DNA of 64,000 bases, from the NCBI RefSeq assembly GCF_009914755.1, contig NC_060925.1. One strand, written 5' to 3'. Of this stretch, positions 53,685-64,000 are shown one piece after another; positions within the stretch are counted from its first letter, which is position 1, and each line of letters starts with the position of its first letter. The notes beneath the pieces were generated by a model, which saw nothing but the letters and a program-made list of their open reading frames with translations, did no database searches and was not told the DNA's origin. A program made the position numbers and the translations under genes. This DNA comes from the human T2T-CHM13v2.0 reference genome, Homo sapiens.

Positions 53685-56600
53685 AGAGAGAGAACGAGCT
53701 CAGTGAATTGTCCAGGTGACACACTGATGAGGGAGTAACAGGACACTCTGAGTTAGTGCCCTCAGGACACACAGCATACAGGGATCATGAAAAGACTGTG
53801 CTCAATAATTTTCCATAAAATGTGCTCAAGTTTCCATGCAGTCGCCATGAGAATACAGTTTTTGAAGTCTGGTCCACCTACAGTAGGTTAGTAAATGATA
53901 AGGGGAGGAAGAAATGGAAACCTAAATATCTACTGCAATGAAAACCAACAGCAATGTTAGTAGGAATAATTCAGGCTTGCTGGAAAAGATGTAATCGATA
54001 ATGTCAGCCCGCTCTGTTTTCCCTGAACCAGGAGTCTCCAGATGTCAACACAGAAGTAGCTGTTCACAATTGCTCAGTTACCTGGGGCATGGTGGGCCTT
54101 GGTCTTCTTCCTCTTCTTGGTCCTTTTTAGTTCCTGCAATACATTCAGACAGGGACAGACAAAATAAGCCAATTCACCTACACCCATAACAGTCCACTGT
54201 CTAATCCCCACACAGGGATCTCAGGCTCCTCAGCATGAGAACAGGACAATGTGAGAGAGATACTTCAGGAGGCCTGAAAGCTGGTCATGATATTCTTTGG
54301 TTTGCATCTCAGAACCAAGGGTGAAATATCCCCATTCTGGTAGATCGTTATCCCAAAATCATTTATCCCAAGTTTGTGCAAACAGTTATGCCTTATTGTT
54401 CCCATCAGTTCAAAGAAAATGCCCCAGATGATTTCTAGGAGGAAAACTGCAGTATTCAGCCCTGTCTCATCAAATGCCCAGCTCGTTCATGGATGCAAGA
54501 ATTTTAGACACTGAAATTAGAATGAAGGAGGAAATCTACAAACCCTTGAGTCCAAATCATACTTCTGTGAATTTTTTACATCTGCCTGGGTCCAATGTGC
54601 TGAGAGCGGGCTCAGCTTGCCACAGGCATGGCTGGAGACTAGGAATAGAGCCTTGCTCACTGACCCATTTCATGTCTAGGCTTCCAACTGAGACTACAGT
54701 TTCATTACAACCTATATGCGCCCATAGGTCCTGCCTGCGGCAATGACATCTCTCGGGTCAGTAAGGGCCACTTGGAACAGGAATATCACCCCTATCTGGA
54801 AGACCAGGTGGAGGCTTATCACCTTCACAGTAAGGTACTCACTGTCCACGTCAAGAGCCAAGCCAAGGTACTGTTCCTCCAATGAGTAAACAGCACTGCT
54901 GTAGGGCTGGCCTAAGTCAGGCAGTTCAAGATAACCTGAAGGAGTCGAATAACATCTATCCAGTGAGTCCTGCAAGACTTCAGGCTCTTTCTCATCCAGC
55001 AGCTCCCTGCTGAGCCTGGAAAAGTAGGAAAAAGTAAAGAATAAGCCAGGGGGAATCAGAAACCACACAGCCCCAGCTAGATTTCATGGCTAACATAAGG
55101 AACTGTTTAAAAAGAAAAAGGACAGATCCATTAATGAGGTAATGAATTATTGCCTTTATGTTGGGATAGACCAGGGCCAGGTAGAAAAGAATGAAAGAGA
55201 AAGACAGGGAGAGGGAGGGAGAGAGAGAGAGAGAGAGAGAGGAGAAAGTAAGCTCAGCGAGTTGGCCGGGTGACACACTGATGAAGGGGTCAAAGGACAC
55301 TCTGAGTTAGTGCCCTCGGGACACACAGCGAACAGTGATCATGAAAAGAGTGGGCTCAATAATTTTCCATAAACTTGCTCAAGATTCCATGCAGTTGCCA
55401 TACAGCCTTTGAGGTATGGTCAACCTATAGTAAGTTAGTAAATGATAAGGGGAGGAAGAAATGGAAACCTAAACATCTACTGCAATGAAAACCAACAGCA
55501 ATATCAGGAGGAGTAATTCAACCTTCGTTGAAAACATGAAATTGAACACACTCTTGTTTTCCCTGGACCTGGCATCTCCAGGTGTCAACACAGAATTAAG
55601 CATCCATAATTGCTCAAAGTTACCTGGGGCATGATGGGTCTTGGTCTTCTTCCACTTCTTGGTACTTTTCAATTTCTGCAATAAGTTCAGACATGGACAG
55701 ACATATTAAGCTGGTTCTCCTACACACATAACAATCCACTGTCTAATCCTCACACAGGGACTTCAGGCTCCTCAGCATGAGAATAGGACACTGTGAGAGA
55801 TAGTCTTCAGGAGGCCTGAAGGCTGATCACCATAGAGATTCCTTGGTTTTTGTCCCAGAAACTGTGGGTAAAATTCCCTATTCTGGTAGATCGTTATCCC
55901 AATATCATTTGTCCCAAGTTTGTGCAAATGGTTATGCCATATTTTTCCAATCGATTTAAAGCAAATGCCCCCAAATGGTTGCTAGGAGAAAAACTGCACT
56001 ATTCAGCCCTGTCTCATCAAATACTCAGATTGTTCACGGTAGCGAGGATTTTAGACGCTGAAATTAGAGTGAAGGATGAAATCTACAAGATCTACAAAAT
56101 TGAGACAAAATCAGAGTTGTGTGAATTTGTCACATCTGCCCAGGTCCAACGTCATGAGAGTAGGATTAGGGCGCCACAGGCATGGCCTGAGACTAGGAAG
56201 AGAGCCTTGCTCACTGACCCATCCCTTGTCTGGGCTTCCAAGTGGAACTAGAGTTTCATTCAACCTACATGTGCCTATAGGACCTCCCTGTGGCAATGAC
56301 ATCTCTCAGCTCAGTAAGGGCCACTTGCAGTAGGAATATGACCCTAACCAGAAGACTCAGTGGATCCTTATCACCTTCATAGAAAGGTACTCACCATCCA
56401 TGTCAACAGCCAAGCCAACACGCTGTTGCTCCAATACGTAAAAGGCACTTCTGTAGGGCTGGCATGAGTCAGTCAGTTCAAGACAACCTGAAGGAGTTGA
56501 ATAACTTCTATCCAGTGAGTCCTGCAAGACTTCAGGCCCTTTCTCATCCAGCAGCTCCCTGCTGAGCCTGGAAAAGTGGGAAAAAGTAAAGAATAAGCCA

Positions 56601-56777
56601 GGGGGAATCAGAAACCACACAGCCCCAGCTAGATTTCATGGCTAACGTAAGGAAGAGTTTGAAAAGAAAAAGGACAGATCCATTAATGAGGTAACAAATT
56701 ATTGCCTTTATGTTGGGATAGAACAGGGCCAGGTAGAAAACAATGAAAGAGAAAGACAGAGAGAGAGAGACAGAGAC

Positions 56778-56808
<31 letters not shown>

Positions 56809-58383
56809 AAGTGACCTAGTGAATTGGCCAGGTGACATACTGGTAAGGGAGTAAAAGGACACTCTGAGTTAGTGCCCTCATGACACACAGCAAACTGTGA
56901 TCATGAAAAGAGTGAGCTCAATAGTTTTCCATAAAATATGCTCAAAATTCGATGCAGTGGCCATGAGAGTACAGCTTTTGAAGTATGGTCAACCTATGGT
57001 ACGTTAGGAAATGATAAGGGGAGGAAGAAATGGAAACCTAAACATCTACTGCAATGAAAACCAACAGCAATGACAGTAGGAGTAATTCAGCCTTCGTTGA
57101 AAACATGACATCAAACACACTCTGGTTTCCCTGAATCTGTTGCCTCCAGGTGTTAACACAGAATTAAGCATCCACAATTGCTGAAAGTCACCTGGGGCAT
57201 GGTGGGTTTTGATCTTCTTCCCCTTCTTTTCTTCCCCTTCTTCTTTCCTTCTTTGATCTTCTTCCCCTTCTTTTCTTCCCCTTCCCCTTCTTTTCAATTT
57301 CTGCAATAAATTCAGACATGGACAGACACATTAAGCTGATTCCCCTACACACATAACAATCCACTGTCTAATCCTCACACAGGGACCTCAGGCTCCTCAG
57401 CATAAGAATAGGACACCGTGAGAGATATATTTCAGGAGGCCTGAAGGCTGGTCATGATAGAAATTCCTCGGTTTTTCTCCCAGAAACTGTGGGTAAAATG
57501 TCCCTATTCTAGTAGATCGTTATCCCAATATCATTTGTCCCAAGTTTGTGCAAACAGTTATGCCATATTTTTCCAATCAACTTAAAGCAAATACCCTCAA
57601 ATGATTTCTAGGAGAAAAACTGCAATATTTAGCCCTGTCTCATCAAATACTCAGATTGTTCATGGTTGTGAGGACTTTAGACACTGAAATTAGAGTGAAA
57701 AAGGAAATCTACAAACCCTTGAGTCAAAATCATAGTTCTCTGAATTTGTCACATCTGCCCAGGTCCAATGTCATGAGGATAGGATCAGGGCGCCACAGGT
57801 ATGGCCTGAGACTAGGAAGAGAGTCTTGCTCACTGACCCATCCCTTGCCTGGGCTTCCAGGTAGAACTAGAGTTTCATTCAACCTACATGTGCCTATAGG
57901 TCCTCCCTGTGGCAATGACATCTCTCAGCTCAGTAATGGCCACTTGGAGCAGGAATATGATCTTTATATGGAAGACTCAGTGGATCCTTATCACCTTCAT
58001 AGAAAGGTACTCACCTCCCACGTCGAGAGAAAAGCCAACATGTTTTTCCTCCAATGCATAAAAGGAACTTCCATAGGGCTGGCAGGAGTCAGGCTGTTCA
58101 AGACAACTGGAAGGAGTTGAATAACATCTATCCAGTGAGTCCTGCAAGACTTCAGGCTCTACTACCTCCAGCAGCTCCCTGCTGAGCCTGGAAAAGGAGG
58201 AAAAAGTAAAGAATAAGCCAGGGGAAATCAGACACAACAGAGCCCCAACTAGGTTTCATGGGTAGCATAGGGAAGTGGTTAAAAAACTAAAAGGATAGAT
58301 CCATTAATGAGGTAACAAATTATTGCCTTCATGTTGGGACAGAACAGGGCCAAATGGAAAAGAATGAAAGAGAAAGACAGATA

Positions 58384-58428
<45 letters not shown>

Positions 58429-61400
58429 ACACACACACACAGAGAGAACGAGCTCAGTGAATTGTCCAGGTGACACACTGATGAGGGAGTAACAGGACAC
58501 TCTGAGTTAGTGCCCTCAGGACACACAGCATACAGGGATCATGAAAAGACTGTGCTCAATAATTTTCCATAAAATGTGCTCAAGTTTCCATGCAGTCGCC
58601 ATGAGAATACAGTTTTTGAAGTCTGGTCCACCTACAGTAGGTTAGTAAATGATAAGGGGAGGAAGAAATGGAAACCTAAATATCTACTGCAATGAAAACC
58701 AACAGCAATGTTAGTAGGAATAATTCAGGCTTGCTGGAAAAGATGTAATCGATAATGTCAGCCCGCTCTGTTTTCCCTGAACCAGGAGTCTCCAGATGTC
58801 AACACAGAAGTAGCTGTTCACAATTGCTCAGTTACCTGGGGCATGGTGGGCCTTGGTCTTCTTCCTCTTCTTGGTCCTTTTTAGTTCCTGCAATACATTC
58901 AGACAGGGACAGACAAAATAAGCCAATTCACCTACACCCATAACAGTCCACTGTCTAATCCCCACACAGGGATCTCAGGCTCCTCAGCATGAGAACAGGA
59001 CAATGTGAGAGAGATACTTCAGGAGGCCTGAAAGCTGGTCATGATATTCTTTGGTTTGCATCTCAGAACCAAGGGTGAAATATCCCCATTCTGGTAGATC
59101 GTTATCCCAAAATCATTTATCCCAAGTTTGTGCAAACAGTTATGCCTTATTGTTCCCATCAGTTCAAAGAAAATGCCCCAGATGATTTCTAGGAGGAAAA
59201 CTGCAGTATTCAGCCCTGTCTCATCAAATGCCCAGCTCGTTCATGGATGCAAGAATTTTAGACACTGAAATTAGAATGAAGGAGGAAATCTACAAACCCT
59301 TGAGTCCAAATCATACTTCTGTGAATTTTTTACATCTGCCTGGGTCCAATGTGCTGAGAGCGGGCTCAGCTTGCCACAGGCATGGCTGGAGACTAGGAAT
59401 AGAGCCTTGCTCACTGACCCATTTCATGTCTAGGCTTCCAACTGAGACTACAGTTTCATTACAACCTATATGCGCCCATAGGTCCTGCCTGCGGCAATGA
59501 CATCTCTCGGGTCAGTAAGGGCCACTTGGAACAGGAATATCACCCCTATCTGGAAGACCAGGTGGAGGCTTATCACCTTCACAGTAAGGTACTCACTGTC
59601 CACGTCAAGAGCCAAGCCAAGGTACTGTTCCTCCAATGAGTAAACAGCACTGCTGTAGGGCTGGCCTAAGTCAGGCAGTTCAAGATAACCTGAAGGAGTC
59701 GAATAACATCTATCCAGTGAGTCCTGCAAGACTTCAGGCTCTTTCTCATCCAGCAGCTCCCTGCTGAGCCTGGAAAAGTAGGAAAAAGTAAAGAATAAGC
59801 CAGGGGGAATCAGAAACCACACAGCCCCAGCTAGATTTCATGGCTAACATAAGGAACTGTTTAAAAAGAAAAAGGACAGATCCATTAATGAGGTAATGAA
59901 TTATTGCCTTTATGTTGGGATAGACCAGGGCCAGGTAGAAAAGAATGAAAGAGAAAGACAGGGAGAGGGAGGGAGAGAGAGAGAGAGAGAGAGAGGAGAA
60001 AGTAAGCTCAGCGAGTTGGCCGGGTGACACACTGATGAAGGGGTCAAAGGACACTCTGAGTTAGTGCCCTCGGGACACACAGCGAACAGTGATCATGAAA
60101 AGAGTGGGCTCAATAATTTTCCATAAACTTGCTCAAGATTCCATGCAGTTGCCATACAGCCTTTGAGGTATGGTCAACCTATAGTAAGTTAGTAAATGAT
60201 AAGGGGAGGAAGAAATGGAAACCTAAACATCTACTGCAATGAAAACCAACAGCAATATCAGGAGGAGTAATTCAACCTTCGTTGAAAACATGAAATTGAA
60301 CACACTCTTGTTTTCCCTGGACCTGGCATCTCCAGGTGTCAACACAGAATTAAGCATCCATAATTGCTCAAAGTTACCTGGGGCATGATGGGTCTTGGTC
60401 TTCTTCCACTTCTTGGTACTTTTCAATTTCTGCAATAAGTTCAGACATGGACAGACATATTAAGCTGGTTCTCCTACACACATAACAATCCACTGTCTAA
60501 TCCTCACACAGGGACTTCAGGCTCCTCAGCATGAGAATAGGACACTGTGAGAGATAGTCTTCAGGAGGCCTGAAGGCTGATCACCATAGAGATTCCTTGG
60601 TTTTTGTCCCAGAAACTGTGGGTAAAATTCCCTATTCTGGTAGATCGTTATCCCAATATCATTTGTCCCAAGTTTGTGCAAATGGTTATGCCATATTTTT
60701 CCAATCGATTTAAAGCAAATGCCCCCAAATGGTTGCTAGGAGAAAAACTGCACTATTCAGCCCTGTCTCATCAAATACTCAGATTGTTCACGGTAGCGAG
60801 GATTTTAGACGCTGAAATTAGAGTGAAGGATGAAATCTACAAGATCTACAAAATTGAGACAAAATCAGAGTTGTGTGAATTTGTCACATCTGCCCAGGTC
60901 CAACGTCATGAGAGTAGGATTAGGGCGCCACAGGCATGGCCTGAGACTAGGAAGAGAGCCTTGCTCACTGACCCATCCCTTGTCTGGGCTTCCAAGTGGA
61001 ACTAGAGTTTCATTCAACCTACATGTGCCTATAGGACCTCCCTGTGGCAATGACATCTCTCAGCTCAGTAAGGGCCACTTGCAGTAGGAATATGACCCTA
61101 ACCAGAAGACTCAGTGGATCCTTATCACCTTCATAGAAAGGTACTCACCATCCATGTCAACAGCCAAGCCAACACGCTGTTGCTCCAATACGTAAAAGGC
61201 ACTTCTGTAGGGCTGGCATGAGTCAGTCAGTTCAAGACAACCTGAAGGAGTTGAATAACTTCTATCCAGTGAGTCCTGCAAGACTTCAGGCCCTTTCTCA
61301 TCCAGCAGCTCCCTGCTGAGCCTGGAAAAGTGGGAAAAAGTAAAGAATAAGCCAGGGGGAATCAGAAACCACACAGCCCCAGCTAGATTTCATGGCTAAC

Positions 61401-61535
61401 GTAAGGAAGAGTTTGAAAAGAAAAAGGACAGATCCATTAATGAGGTAACAAATTATTGCCTTTATGTTGGGATAGAACAGGGCCAGGTAGAAAACAATGA
61501 AAGAGAAAGACAGAGAGAGAGAGAGAGACAGAGAC

Positions 61536-61566
<31 letters not shown>

Positions 61567-63141
61567 AAGTGACCTAGTGAATTGGCCAGGTGACATACTG
61601 GTAAGGGAGTAAAAGGACACTCTGAGTTAGTGCCCTCATGACACACAGCAAACTGTGATCATGAAAAGAGTGAGCTCAATAGTTTTCCATAAAATATGCT
61701 CAAAATTCGATGCAGTGGCCATGAGAGTACAGCTTTTGAAGTATGGTCAACCTATGGTACGTTAGGAAATGATAAGGGGAGGAAGAAATGGAAACCTAAA
61801 CATCTACTGCAATGAAAACCAACAGCAATGACAGTAGGAGTAATTCAGCCTTCGTTGAAAACATGACATCAAACACACTCTGGTTTCCCTGAATCTGTTG
61901 CCTCCAGGTGTTAACACAGAATTAAGCATCCACAATTGCTGAAAGTCACCTGGGGCATGGTGGGTTTTGATCTTCTTCCCCTTCTTTTCTTCCCCTTCTT
62001 CTTTCCTTCTTTGATCTTCTTCCCCTTCTTTTCTTCCCCTTCCCCTTCTTTTCAATTTCTGCAATAAATTCAGACATGGACAGACACATTAAGCTGATTC
62101 CCCTACACACATAACAATCCACTGTCTAATCCTCACACAGGGACCTCAGGCTCCTCAGCATAAGAATAGGACACCGTGAGAGATATATTTCAGGAGGCCT
62201 GAAGGCTGGTCATGATAGAAATTCCTCGGTTTTTCTCCCAGAAACTGTGGGTAAAATGTCCCTATTCTAGTAGATCGTTATCCCAATATCATTTGTCCCA
62301 AGTTTGTGCAAACAGTTATGCCATATTTTTCCAATCAACTTAAAGCAAATACCCTCAAATGATTTCTAGGAGAAAAACTGCAATATTTAGCCCTGTCTCA
62401 TCAAATACTCAGATTGTTCATGGTTGTGAGGACTTTAGACACTGAAATTAGAGTGAAAAAGGAAATCTACAAACCCTTGAGTCAAAATCATAGTTCTCTG
62501 AATTTGTCACATCTGCCCAGGTCCAATGTCATGAGGATAGGATCAGGGCGCCACAGGTATGGCCTGAGACTAGGAAGAGAGTCTTGCTCACTGACCCATC
62601 CCTTGCCTGGGCTTCCAGGTAGAACTAGAGTTTCATTCAACCTACATGTGCCTATAGGTCCTCCCTGTGGCAATGACATCTCTCAGCTCAGTAATGGCCA
62701 CTTGGAGCAGGAATATGATCTTTATATGGAAGACTCAGTGGATCCTTATCACCTTCATAGAAAGGTACTCACCTCCCACGTCGAGAGAAAAGCCAACATG
62801 TTTTTCCTCCAATGCATAAAAGGAACTTCCATAGGGCTGGCAGGAGTCAGGCTGTTCAAGACAACTGGAAGGAGTTGAATAACATCTATCCAGTGAGTCC
62901 TGCAAGACTTCAGGCTCTACTACCTCCAGCAGCTCCCTGCTGAGCCTGGAAAAGGAGGAAAAAGTAAAGAATAAGCCAGGGGAAATCAGACACAACAGAG
63001 CCCCAACTAGGTTTCATGGGTAGCATAGGGAAGTGGTTAAAAAACTAAAAGGATAGATCCATTAATGAGGTAACAAATTATTGCCTTCATGTTGGGACAG
63101 AACAGGGCCAAATGGAAAAGAATGAAAGAGAAAGACAGATA

Positions 63142-63194
<53 letters not shown>

Positions 63195-63653
63195 ACACAC
63201 ACACACAGAGAGAACGAGCTCAGTGAATTGTCCAGGTGACACACTGATGAGGGAGTAACAGGACACTCTGAGTTAGTGCCCTCAGGACACACAGCATACA
63301 GGGATCATGAAAAGACTGTGCTCAATAATTTTCCATAAAATGTGCTCAAGTTTCCATGCAGTCGCCATGAGAATACAGTTTTTGAAGTCTGGTCCACCTA
63401 CAGTAGGTTAGTAAATGATAAGGGGAGGAAGAAATGGAAACCTAAATATCTACTGCAATGAAAACCAACAGCAATGTTAGTAGGAATAATTCAGGCTTGC
63501 TGGAAAAGATGTAATCGATAATGTCAGCCCGCTCTGTTTTCCCTGAACCAGGAGTCTCCAGATGTCAACACAGAAGTAGCTGTTCACAATTGCTCAGTTA
63601 CCTGGGGCATGGTGGGCCTTGGTCTTCTTCCTCTTCTTGGTCCTTTTTAGTTC
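18267..63653 (-). CDS. NBPF20: NBPF family gene, 3' portion (29 Olduvai/DUF1220 domains in window; 5' part lies beyond 64000); probably NBPF20
   Basis: Alternating short (52 or 109 nt) and long (173 nt) GT-AG exons encode [27 protein letters not shown] Olduvai domains. Each triplet is 732 nt (244 aa) and in frame. Stop at 18267-18269. Family call is certain; paralog identity is inferred from memory of the vU1/tRNA-Asn neighbourhood and needs an alignment. Confidence 0.8.
19122..19230 (-). CDS. NBPF20: NBPF 109-nt CON3 short exon (basic linker)
   Basis: ttgcag|AA...CCCCAG|gtgac. Encodes [37 protein letters not shown]. Confidence 0.92.
19945..23994 (-). CDS. NBPF20: Olduvai triplet T1 (3'-most)
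   Basis: Exons: HLS1 23886-23994 and 23085-23257; HLS2 22314-22365 and 21533-21705; HLS3 20772-20823 and 19945-20117. All GT-AG. Confidence 0.9.
24709..28756 (-). CDS. NBPF20: Olduvai triplet T2
   Basis: Exons 28648-28756, 27847-28019, 27076-27127, 26295-26467, 25534-25585, 24709-24881. Confidence 0.9.
29471..33512 (-). CDS. NBPF20: Olduvai triplet T3
   Basis: Exons 33404-33512, 32603-32775, 31832-31883, 31051-31223, 30290-30341, 29471-29643. Confidence 0.9.
34227..38268 (-). CDS. NBPF20: Olduvai triplet T4
   Basis: Exons 38160-38268, 37359-37531, 36588-36639, 35807-35979, 35046-35097, 34227-34399. Confidence 0.9.
38983..43031 (-). CDS. NBPF20: Olduvai triplet T5
   Basis: Exons 42923-43031, 42122-42294, 41351-41402, 40571-40743, 39810-39861, 38983-39155. 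Confidence 0.9.
43746..47787 (-). CDS. NBPF20: Olduvai triplet T6
   Basis: Exons 47679-47787, 46878-47050, 46107-46158, 45322-45494, 44561-44612, 43746-43918. Confidence 0.9.
48502..52556 (-). CDS. NBPF20: Olduvai triplet T7
   Basis: Exons 52448-52556, 51647-51819, 50876-50927, 50096-50268, 49335-49386, 48502-48674. Confidence 0.9.
53271..57300 (-). CDS. NBPF20: Olduvai triplet T8
   Basis: Exons 57192-57300, 56395-56567, 55624-55675, 54843-55015, 54082-54133, 53271-53443. Confidence 0.9.
58015..62058 (-). CDS. NBPF20: Olduvai triplet T9
   Basis: Exons 61950-62058, 61149-61321, 60378-60429, 59597-59769, 58836-58887, 58015-58187. Confidence 0.9.
62773..63653 (-). CDS. NBPF20: Olduvai triplet T10, HLS3 only (window edge)
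   Basis: Exons 63602-63653 ([18 protein letters not shown]) and 62773-62945. The array continues past 64000. Confidence 0.88.
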
Positions 63654-64000
63654 CTGCAATACATTCAGACAGGGACAGACAAAATAAGCCAATTCACCTA
63701 CACCCATAACAGTCCACTGTCTAATCCCCACACAGGGATCTCAGGCTCCTCAGCATGAGAACAGGACAATGTGAGAGAGATACTTCAGGAGGCCTGAAAG
63801 CTGGTCATGATATTCTTTGGTTTGCATCTCAGAACCAAGGGTGAAATATCCCCATTCTGGTAGATCGTTATCCCAAAATCATTTATCCCAAGTTTGTGCA
63901 AACAGTTATGCCTTATTGTTCCCATCAGTTCAAAGAAAATGCCCCAGATGATTTCTAGGAGGAAAACTGCAGTATTCAGCCCTGTCTCATCAAATGCCCA

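Larger units (their letters stand above)
18657..64000 (-). repeat. ~4.76-kb tandem array of Olduvai HLS1-HLS2-HLS3 triplets (9 full + 1 partial)
   Basis: Near-identical units. Spacing between successive HLS3 long exons is 4764, 4762, 4756, 4756, 4763, 4756, 4769, 4744 and 4758 nt; differences come mostly from intronic (CA)n/(GA)n length. An internal ~1.55-1.6-kb monomer sub-periodicity is present. Confidence 0.97.

Noticed and set aside
19586-62878. Recurrent plus-strand ORFs (154, 133, 90, 85 aa) conserved in every unit
   Set aside because: Antisense to NBPF introns and exons. Conservation reflects recent tandem duplication, and one copy (36814-37197) is truncated by a point change.
18657-64000. 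Regular repeat array as a CRISPR-like or novel repeat system
   Set aside because: Units are kb-scale exon-intron duplications with no unique spacers; this is the known Olduvai triplet expansion.

Overview
Human/hominid genomic DNA, recognisable as the 1q21 segmental-duplication region. Bases 1-7.4 kb are AT-rich intergenic sequence with Alu, MaLR and MER4-type LTR remnants. A variant U1 snRNA gene (7858-8022, +) follows, with its DSE/PSE promoter in a CpG island. A tRNA-Asn(GTT) gene lies at 14508-14581 (+). The rest is the 3' part of a large NBPF gene on the minus strand: 3'UTR (poly(A) signal at 16656-16661), the terminal CON3 Olduvai/DUF1220 domain, and a ~4.76-kb tandem array of HLS1-HLS2-HLS3 Olduvai triplets. 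Nine triplets are complete and a tenth is partial, giving 29 Olduvai domains and ~2,390 codons in-window, with an open frame. The layout suggests NBPF20, but that assignment is from memory and needs an alignment. No wholly new gene system is evident. The most notable signals are: a ~375-nt spacerless fold-back in the NBPF 3'UTR; a U1 variant that keeps its 5'SS-pairing end but has lost the U1A site and helix H; a basic linker made by an out-of-frame 33-nt duplication; even-spaced variant sharing among triplets; and a templated-insertion scar at ~4.9 kb.
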